The notes under the pieces are model-generated. The model saw only the letters and a list, made by a program, of their open reading frames with translations. It was not told where the DNA came from and did no database searches. A stretch of 64,000 nt of DNA, from the NCBI GenBank assembly GCA_018400535.1, contig JAGYMQ010000145.1, positions 10,864 through 74,863 on the forward strand, in the 5' to 3' direction. The position numbers and the translations under genes are program-made. The stretch comes from Candidatus Cloacimonadota bacterium (GTDB lineage: Bacteria > Cloacimonadota > Cloacimonadia > Cloacimonadales > TCS61). Shown here in pieces: positions 39,009 through 45,985 of the stretch; position 1 is the first letter of the stretch; each line of letters begins with the position of its first letter.

Positions 39009-39772
39009 CTTTTAATCCCGCTTGTCCCATCTACCCAATATCTCTCCATTATTGGCTGAATGGGACAATCTGCTGAATGCATTCTTCTTAGCATATAATG
39101 ATTGATCACGTCGACTTCAATGATTGATCTACCAACAATATTTTCAAAAATAATTTTGTACTCCCATTCATCAACTATAGGTAAAACATCCATTTCGATG
39201 AAAAGATCAACTAGAATTTTTTCGATTCTGGAATAATGAGATTCTACAGGTTCCCGGCTTATCGCTGGACGCAGAATAAACGTTTCAGTTTCCACATTAA
39301 ATATTTTTTCCGCTTCCGATCTGGATGGATTTAATATCACTTTTTTATTATGTATCAGCAATTTTTCATAAATTGCCTGAAGGTAGTTTTTATCGGCAAA
39401 AATGAAAACGAAAAAGCGAGTGGGAACATGATGAAAATAGGGTGCAAGCTGAGCCGTGCTCCACACGTTGAAATCGAGTAATGGAAATTCACGTTTCATT
39501 AAATTGATAATGTTTCTTACAGGCTCTTTATACAAAACAAACTTACTCTGAAGAAAAGAATACCAGCCTCTGCCAGCAGATCTTATAACTCCATCTTTTC
39601 TGAAGCGAGTAAGGTTTTTTCGCAAAGTTTCCAGATTGTAATCCGGATACTGGTTATAAAGGTCTGCTTTCAGTTTTTTAAAGCTGAAATACTGCTTACC
39701 TGTTTTTCGGTAACTTTCGATCAGGTTTAGAATTTTTTCTTTTTGCAAAATAACCTCTTTGAATTCAACCAT
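39005..39772 (-). CDS. AbiEi-like antitoxin / wHTH regulator (DUF6577-like)
   Basis: N-terminal wHTH-like segment ending in ...FRKDGVIRSAGRGWYSF. The conserved middle FPLLDFNVWSTAQLAPYFHHVP and the position immediately 5' of the AbiEii-like gene also fit. The start is set at ATG 39772 (MVEFKEV...) rather than ATG 39862, which would overlap the methyltransferase by 82 nt. Confidence 0.6.
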   Translation of the reverse strand: MVEFKEVILQKEKILNLIESYRKTGKQYFSFKKLKADLYNQYPDYNLETLRKNLTRFRKDGVIRSAGRGWYSFLQSKFVLYKEPVRNIINLMKREFPLLDFNVWSTAQLAPYFHHVPTRFFVFIFADKNYLQAIYEKLLIHNKKVILNPSRSEAEKIFNVETETFILRPAISREPVESHYSRIEKILVDLFIEMDVLPIVDEWEYKIIFENIVGRSIIEVDVINHYMLRRMHSADCPIQPIMERYWVDGTSGIKR

Positions 39773-39780
39773 TCGGAAGG

Positions 39781-42700
39781 TCAATGACCATTCCGAAGGT
39801 TTTGCTTCTTTGCCTGCATATTTCGTTCTATCGCTTCTGCCAGTTTGGGATAACGCCGCCAATACCAGTTCTCTACTTCTGCTATATCCTCCTCGTTCAA
39901 ATTATACATTTCGTAAACCAGCTTATCGATCTCGATTTGCTCGTTGGTCATATAATCGTATCTGGGATTTTGTTTTTGATTGGAAATGATAGTTGATACT
40001 AGATCGAGAATATTTTGACAATTAGCAATATGAACTAAAGTAAAATCATTGAAAGCACCAACTTGAGTATCAACAGTATGCATGATAAAATTTTTAAATA
40101 TGTATTTTGATATTTTTGAACATAGTAAACCCAGAAGAATGTTATAATCAAATTTACAAAAAATGCATGAGCTTTTATTATCAAACATTGAACTAGAATT
40201 TAATCTTATTGTTGGAGCATATACTCCTGTTAAAGAGAAAGTTAATCCTTTACTGAACCAGTATTTTTTATTTCTTAATGTAGATTTATTTTGAGTGTAA
40301 TGCTGTGCTTTTTTTAATCTTGAAACTGCTTCAGTTGACCAATCGATAAAAAAATCTGTCGGAATAAAATAATTAGGTAACCACCCTTCAGATATTTGAG
40401 AATCACCACCTTTATCATATGGGATTATATATTTCTTATTTTTCTCTTTGTTTATTCCGTTCTTTTTTTCATCCCTAGATAAATTTAAAACATCATTTTC
40501 TGAAAGTAAATATTCCGAATAATTAGTAATCAACTTATAATTACCTTTGGCTTTCGACTTTTTAAAAAGAAATTCAGAATTATTACCTGTATCAATACCC
40601 TTTTTCACATCAGCAATATCACCCAGTTTAACCAGTTCCAGTTCTTTACCGTTGAAATCAACTTTGTAAATGGTTTTACCGTCCACCATTTCGCTTCTGC
40701 CGGTATCTTCCATCAGGGCAAAGAGTTTGGGCGAAGCAATGAAGAAGCTGTGGTTGCTGAAGCGGGGAATAAGCTTCTGTTTGTAAGCGAACACGGCAAA
40801 GTCACGTTCGCTGTAAATGGTTTCACCGTCTCTGGTGCTGTCGAAATCGCTTAGTTCAGCCAGCAGTTCAAAGCCGGCTTCCAGGTTGCCGGTGTTCCAG
40901 CTACCGTTTGGCTGCTTAATTTTAAAGGGAGAAAGGTCGGCAGCTATAATGCGGTTTTCGGCATTATCGGTAAAACGCAGCCGCGGAGAAGTTCTTTTGA
41001 TAAAAGTGTAAACTCCGGTATTCACTGTTGCGCCGAAAGTATCAGCTGGAACGGAGATGAGGAATTGAGCATCGGTTTCCTTCAATAACTGGTCACGCAG
41101 ATTTTTGTGAGATTTTATCGTTTGCCAGGTATCGCTCATAATGTAGCATAGTGTGCCACCGGGTTTGAGGATTTTAAGCCCCAGAGAAACAAAAATTCCA
41201 TAGCTGTCTTTGCTGTTCAATTGGAATTCATCACGGATTTTCACATCCACTTTAATGCCGTAAGGTGGATTGGCGATAACGATGTCGAAGCCGCCATTTG
41301 CTTCGATCTCATCAAAGAAATCCAAGCCCCAGTTGAAATGTTCGGAAAGCAGATGCACATTTTCAAGCTTTTTAACAATCGCTTTGATTCGAGCCAATGA
41401 ATCTTGTTTTAAATCGAGGTTCTGTTCATCTTCTTCAAAGAAATTGCCTTGTCCCTCGGCAATGCTTTCCAGATATTTTTGTTCTTCAGCTTTCTTTTTA
41501 TTTAGAAACCAGGTCAGGTAATCGGTTTTCAATTTATTGATTTTTTGTTTTGCTTTATTTTTTTCTTCTAATTTTACAATTTTCTGAAAATCTTTTTTAG
41601 CAGTTTGAAATGATTCCAGCAGTTCTAAACCTTTTGTATCCGGTTTCAGTTTTCGTTCCTGGTCGAAATCGTATCCGGCAATTTGGGAAACGAGAGAATC
41701 TCCCTGATAAATATGAAAGTCGAGATTGGGAAGAGGTGGAATTTGTTTTATGTTATCTACTTCCAGGTCTACGATGAGAGAAAGCCATAAACGCAAGTTT
41801 GTAAGATGAACCGCTTTTTCCTGTTTGTCCACGCCGTAAATGCAGTTTTCGATAATCTCTCTTTTCAGGTTGTAGCGATAGTTTTGTTTATCTTTTACCT
41901 CAGGATTTATTTTGTTGTCGATAACGTCGATAATCTCAATTATTTTGAGTAGAATTCCCACCGGATAAGCACCGGAACCGACCGCCGGATCGACAATTCG
42001 AATGTCCAGAAGTCGTAGTTTAATCTTGTTTAATTCTTCATTCGAAAGTTTTTCAGTTTTCAAGTTGAAGACCAATTCCTTCAAGTTGCTGCGTTCAATT
42101 TCGATTGTATTATCATGTGCTAAATCATTCAGAAGAGATTGTTTAACCATGAAAGAGACGATGAATTTGGGTGTATAATATGAACCGGAAGCTCTGCGTG
42201 CATCGGGAATATCTTTATATTTTTTCTTTTCTGAACCTAGTATAAGTCGCTCGAATATTGTACCTAGCATTTCCGGATCGATGGCGATTTCTTTTTCATA
42301 TTCGGTATCTTCCCGCACAGTGAAATTATATTTTTGGAAAAGTCCCTGCAGAATTATTCGAAAATCATTATTCTTGATTCTGATCTTTTTTTCTTTGTCG
42401 GAAAATTCAAAAAGTCCACCATTCAAAAAGGGAATATCTTTAAATTCGTCCTTATCTGTATTGTTAGAAATTTTTTCAAAAAGAGGGATGAGAAAGTTTT
42501 TGTAAAAATTTTTATTCCCTATCTTATCAAAGTTATCAAAGATGTAAGTTGGATTTTTTTTCAAGTAACCTTTCTTCTGGACAAAATAAAGAAAGAAAAT
42601 GCGATTAAAAATTGTCTGAGTATGTCCATCAGCAATTGGTCGGGTAAGCTTGTTGATATTCATTATACTTTTTCGGAATTCGCGATAGAAATGAACATAA

Positions 42701-43218
42701 TCTTTATAGAAAATCCGTGAGACAGCTTCTACATCAAAAGCTTTATCATGCTTGATGTTGATCATAACAGAAGATTCTTCGTCTGATTCAATTTTAAGAA
42801 GATTTATTCGTTCAGAAGCTGTTCTTAAATTCTCAAAATGACCAATAATAATACGTCTAAAAGGTCGATAAGGAATACGACCATCAACTTTAGTTTTTTC
42901 TGCTGTTTTCAAGTTTGTGAAATGGAATTCCTGATTAACTTCATCAGCAAAAATCATAAGGTTATGGGGATATGTTTTTGATATTTGTTCTGAGATCGGT
43001 CGTTCAGTTCCTTTTAGAAGTTTTGGTAATCTACAATAAATAATCAGAAAACCATTAACTTCAGCAATCTTCTCGATAGAGGTTACTTCTTTTTGTAATT
43101 TTTCCGATAAAGCTGAAATCAAAGAACCGGAGGTATAATTATAGTTCAAATATTCGATGAACAATTTTCTATGATCTTCAAGATTTTTTAGTTGTTTAAG
43201 AACTTCGATCAAATTCAC
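39781..43218 (-). CDS. PglX/MmeI-family (Eco57I-like) gamma-class N6-adenine DNA methyltransferase with C-terminal specificity region; no recognisable nuclease domain
   Basis: 1145 aa. Motifs: IPFLNGGLFE (aa 262-271), ASGSYYTPKFIV (aa 343-354), SAM motif I VDPAVGSGAYP (aa 409-419), motif IV IANPPYG (aa 647-654), TRD entry LGDIADVKKGIDTGNN (aa 865-880), and PglX-like YIIPYDKGGDS...IDW. GTG start at 43218 is preceded by GGAGG at 8 nt and overlaps the upstream stop (GTGA). Confidence 0.85.
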   Translation of the reverse strand: MNLIEVLKQLKNLEDHRKLFIEYLNYNYTSGSLISALSEKLQKEVTSIEKIAEVNGFLIIYCRLPKLLKGTERPISEQISKTYPHNLMIFADEVNQEFHFTNLKTAEKTKVDGRIPYRPFRRIIIGHFENLRTASERINLLKIESDEESSVMINIKHDKAFDVEAVSRIFYKDYVHFYREFRKSIMNINKLTRPIADGHTQTIFNRIFFLYFVQKKGYLKKNPTYIFDNFDKIGNKNFYKNFLIPLFEKISNNTDKDEFKDIPFLNGGLFEFSDKEKKIRIKNNDFRIILQGLFQKYNFTVREDTEYEKEIAIDPEMLGTIFERLILGSEKKKYKDIPDARRASGSYYTPKFIVSFMVKQSLLNDLAHDNTIEIERSNLKELVFNLKTEKLSNEELNKIKLRLLDIRIVDPAVGSGAYPVGILLKIIEIIDVIDNKINPEVKDKQNYRYNLKREIIENCIYGVDKQEKAVHLTNLRLWLSLIVDLEVDNIKQIPPLPNLDFHIYQGDSLVSQIAGYDFDQERKLKPDTKGLELLESFQTAKKDFQKIVKLEEKNKAKQKINKLKTDYLTWFLNKKKAEEQKYLESIAEGQGNFFEEDEQNLDLKQDSLARIKAIVKKLENVHLLSEHFNWGLDFFDEIEANGGFDIVIANPPYGIKVDVKIRDEFQLNSKDSYGIFVSLGLKILKPGGTLCYIMSDTWQTIKSHKNLRDQLLKETDAQFLISVPADTFGATVNTGVYTFIKRTSPRLRFTDNAENRIIAADLSPFKIKQPNGSWNTGNLEAGFELLAELSDFDSTRDGETIYSERDFAVFAYKQKLIPRFSNHSFFIASPKLFALMEDTGRSEMVDGKTIYKVDFNGKELELVKLGDIADVKKGIDTGNNSEFLFKKSKAKGNYKLITNYSEYLLSENDVLNLSRDEKKNGINKEKNKKYIIPYDKGGDSQISEGWLPNYFIPTDFFIDWSTEAVSRLKKAQHYTQNKSTLRNKKYWFSKGLTFSLTGVYAPTIRLNSSSMFDNKSSCIFCKFDYNILLGLLCSKISKYIFKNFIMHTVDTQVGAFNDFTLVHIANCQNILDLVSTIISNQKQNPRYDYMTNEQIEIDKLVYEMYNLNEEDIAEVENWYWRRYPKLAEAIERNMQAKKQNLRNGH

Positions 43219-43778
43219 GAAATTACCTCCAGATTATATTTCGAGAGTGGTAAAGCACCTTTGTTGATCCACTTGTAATTACTTGGTTCATCCAAGATAA
43301 ACACTTTCTTTCCATTATTTACCGCTTGATCAAACAGTCTATGCAGATTTCCATTCTCTTGAATACTTATGAATAGTATTTTATTAGCTTTATCTATTAT
43401 TGCTTTGTTTCTAATATTTGTGTTTTGTTTTGATATCCTTCGTTCATTTTGCCAAAAAGACAATATTAAAATTTTATCATTATTATATTCATCGATTAAA
43501 TATTTTGGAAGCTTGTAATTTTGTATTCCTTTTGCTAAGAATATTATGACCTTTGACAATAAGTTATTTGTTCTACTTTCTAATATCTTTTTTTCCACAT
43601 TAGAATGCCAGCCACTGATAAGCGTTATTTCTTTTTTCTTTATTTCTTTTAACAAATCTGAGGCTGGAAGAAAAAGATTCATTGGAATAGTTCTGGAACA
43701 AAAAACCGCAATTGAAGATTCATTCAACAGCTCAATATTTCCCGAATAATATAGATCAGCGGAAATTTTGTAATCCAT
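43215..43778 (-). CDS. DprA/Smf-like (SLOG superfamily) Rossmann-fold protein, stand-alone
   Basis: 187 aa: GNIELLNESSIAVFCSR (cf. DprA ...AIVGSR), LISGWHSNVEKKIL (cf. SG.A.GID), IIFLAKGIQNYKLP (cf. G.d..YP), RNKAII...ILFI. It lacks the DprA N-terminal SAM and C-terminal wHTH extensions. Confidence 0.65.
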   Translation of the reverse strand: MDYKISADLYYSGNIELLNESSIAVFCSRTIPMNLFLPASDLLKEIKKKEITLISGWHSNVEKKILESRTNNLLSKVIIFLAKGIQNYKLPKYLIDEYNNDKILILSFWQNERRISKQNTNIRNKAIIDKANKILFISIQENGNLHRLFDQAVNNGKKVFILDEPSNYKWINKGALPLSKYNLEVIS

Positions 43779-43781
43779 CTA

Positions 43782-44852
43782 TCAATTCCTCAGCATCTTT
43801 TTTGCGATCATTTTTGCTGCTTCCTGATGTGGTGAAGTGGGATAATTTTTTTGAATAACATTTTTTCGTTCTTTCATTTCCAATATTTTTTCTTTCAATT
43901 TTTGCGGATCAAGTTCTTTTTGCAAAATCATATCTGCTACTTTCTTTTCTGCCAGTTCTTTGGCATTGAAATATTGGTGGTTATGAGCAGCAGTGGCGAG
44001 AGGAATAATTATACAGGGAAGTTTCTTGGTTTCAATTTCGGAAAGAGAAAGTGCACCGCCGCGGCAGATAACCATATCGACCGAATTATATATTCTGCCG
44101 ATCTGATTCTCATAATCGAAACCCCAAAGCCCTTTTTTGTTCATGATCTTCGGTAAATATTCATCAAGACTGAAAGTGCCGATCTGCCAGATGATCTCGA
44201 TATTTTGAGCTAATAAATCTTCAATTATCGGAAAAAAATTCTGGTTCAAAACATACGAGCCCTGACTGCCACCGGTCAAAAATATCTTAAAAGTGTTTTC
44301 TTGTAAATTATGTTGAAAAAAATCAATCTGCTGATTTTCTTGCAAAACGCTTTGATTAATCGGATTTCCTGAAAAAATGATTTTGTTAGCCGGCAAATAG
44401 TTTCGCGCTTCAGCATTTCCCAAAAAAATCGTTTTTGCATATTTGGAAAGGAGACGTGTTGTCATTCCAGGATAGCTATTTTGTTCCTGCAAAAAAATTG
44501 GAATTTTAGCAAGATAGGCTGCATAACCGACTGGTCCAGAAACAAAACCTCCTGTTCCCAGAAAAATATCAGGTTGAAATTCACGAATGATCTTCTTTGC
44601 TTTCCAGATACTTTTCAGCAATTTAAAAGGAAAAAGAATGTGTTTAAAAGTGAAATAACGATAAAGTTTCTGAATATCTATTCTTTCAAAATCAATGTTT
44701 TGGGAACGAACGAGTTTTTCTTCCATGCTATTTTTATTTCCCACGAAAAGGATCTTTGCATCTTTTTTCTGCAATTCTGAAATGATAGAAAGAGCGGGAA
44801 TGATATGTCCGCCTGTTCCGCCCGCAGCCACCAGAATTTTCTTTGCCGTCAT
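43782..44852 (-). CDS. murG: UDP-N-acetylglucosamine--N-acetylmuramyl-(pentapeptide) pyrophosphoryl-undecaprenol GlcNAc transferase
   Basis: ILVAAGGTGGHIIPALSI, FLTGGSQGS, MVICRGGALSLSEI. Confidence 0.93.
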   Translation of the reverse strand: MTAKKILVAAGGTGGHIIPALSIISELQKKDAKILFVGNKNSMEEKLVRSQNIDFERIDIQKLYRYFTFKHILFPFKLLKSIWKAKKIIREFQPDIFLGTGGFVSGPVGYAAYLAKIPIFLQEQNSYPGMTTRLLSKYAKTIFLGNAEARNYLPANKIIFSGNPINQSVLQENQQIDFFQHNLQENTFKIFLTGGSQGSYVLNQNFFPIIEDLLAQNIEIIWQIGTFSLDEYLPKIMNKKGLWGFDYENQIGRIYNSVDMVICRGGALSLSEIETKKLPCIIIPLATAAHNHQYFNAKELAEKKVADMILQKELDPQKLKEKILEMKERKNVIQKNYPTSPHQEAAKMIAKKMLRN

Positions 44853-45985
44853 ATTTTTCTCCTGCGAGCGCTGATATTGAGCAGCAATCCGATCGAAAAA
44901 GAATTCACCAGCAGCGAAGTTCCACCATAACTGATAAAAGGCAGAGTTACGCCGGTGGAAGGCAAAGCCGCCATTGCCACGCCGATATTGATCATCGCGT
45001 TGAAAAAAATATTCATTCCGAGCCCGAGAGAGAGCAATTGCAAGAAAAGGTCTTTTTGTTTGTTCGCATTTATGATAGACCTAAAAAAGAGAAAAGCGTA
45101 GAGTAGCAGGATCGTTAGTGCTCCTAAAAAACCAAATTCTTCTCCTATGATAGCAAAAATATAATCTGTTTTGGCTTCAGGCAGGAAATAATGTTTTCCT
45201 GTGCCATGACTGGGAGAAGTCCCGAAAATTTTTCCAGCCGAAAGTGAGATCAAGCTTTCTCTGATCTGATAATCGTTCAATTCTTTGTCTTCAGCATTTT
45301 TTTCGGCGGGGAAGAATAGCGCATATTGTTTATAGATCTTGATGCGATCGCTGCGATATTTTGGACCGAGGAAAAGCACCATCATTCCCAAAAAAAGTAA
45401 AATTCCGAGCAAAGAAAATATCGTCGAATAGCGCACTTTTGCTAGAAATAGAAGTGAGATAAGCGTGATGCTGGAAATGACCAGCGTGCTGAAATGTCTT
45501 TCCACCAAGATCAGCAGAAAGATGAAAGCTGGGATCACGATGAGAGCCAAAAAATTTGAGAAAAAGAATTTTGGCGTTGTGTAGGGAATGACCCGTTTTT
45601 TTTTCTCCAAAATGTGAGCGAAATAAATTATCAAAACGAGTCTTGCGATCAAGCTGGGTTGAATATTGATCTTCCAGATCCTGATGCTGCGCACAGCACC
45701 TTTGACGCTGTTTCCAAAGATCAAAACTGCGATCAAAGCCAGGATAGTTAACACAACAAACAGAAAAGAATATTTTCTGATTTTTCCCAGATTGATCTTT
45801 TTGAAAGCAATAAAAAGAGAAACCATAGAAAGAATGAACCAGGCAAATTGACGATAAAAAAAGATCATCTGCGTGCGGATCGAACTGATATTGAGCTGCA
45901 TATAAAGTCCGATGAAGATCAAAACAAAAAAGGCAAAAAATAGATAATGATCATATTGTTCGATGTAGGTGCGAACTTTTTTCAT
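44849..45985 (-). CDS. ftsW: SEDS-family lipid II flippase/peptidoglycan polymerase FtsW
   Basis: 378 aa with about 10 TM helices. Motifs TDYIFAIIGEEFGFLG and LPSTGVTLPFISYGGTSLL. Position is murD-ftsW-murG. Confidence 0.9.
   Translation of the reverse strand: MKKVRTYIEQYDHYLFFAFFVLIFIGLYMQLNISSIRTQMIFFYRQFAWFILSMVSLFIAFKKINLGKIRKYSFLFVVLTILALIAVLIFGNSVKGAVRSIRIWKINIQPSLIARLVLIIYFAHILEKKKRVIPYTTPKFFFSNFLALIVIPAFIFLLILVERHFSTLVISSITLISLLFLAKVRYSTIFSLLGILLFLGMMVLFLGPKYRSDRIKIYKQYALFFPAEKNAEDKELNDYQIRESLISLSAGKIFGTSPSHGTGKHYFLPEAKTDYIFAIIGEEFGFLGALTILLLYAFLFFRSIINANKQKDLFLQLLSLGLGMNIFFNAMINIGVAMAALPSTGVTLPFISYGGTSLLVNSFSIGLLLNISARRRKI

Larger units (their letters stand above)
34795..43778 (-). 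other. five-gene defence-like cassette inserted in the dcw operon between murG and murC
   Basis: It interrupts the otherwise canonical murG-murC adjacency. All five ORFs are on the dcw strand with overlapping or at most 8-nt junctions. The cassette is visibly more AT-rich than the flanks. Hand counts of G+C per 100 nt: 26 at 38101-38200 and 23 at 40101-40200, versus 45 in murC at 33601-33700. Confidence 0.8.

Noticed and set aside
39773-39862. Longer form of the AbiEi-like ORF starting at ATG 39862
   Set aside because: It would overlap the methyltransferase 3' end by 82 nt in another frame. The extra 30 aa (MAALSQTGRSDRTKYAGKEAKPSEWSLTFR) look like out-of-frame noise, and the homologous wHTH region begins after the internal Met.
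34795-43778. Interpreting the cassette as a classical integrative mobile element, or as DISARM or BREX
   Set aside because: No integrase, recombinase, transposase, att-like flanking repeats or tRNA target were seen, and the junctions are codon-tight. DISARM core genes (DrmA, DrmB/DUF1998) and BREX core genes (PglZ, BrxC, BrxL/BrxA/B) are absent from the cassette and from the rest of the window.
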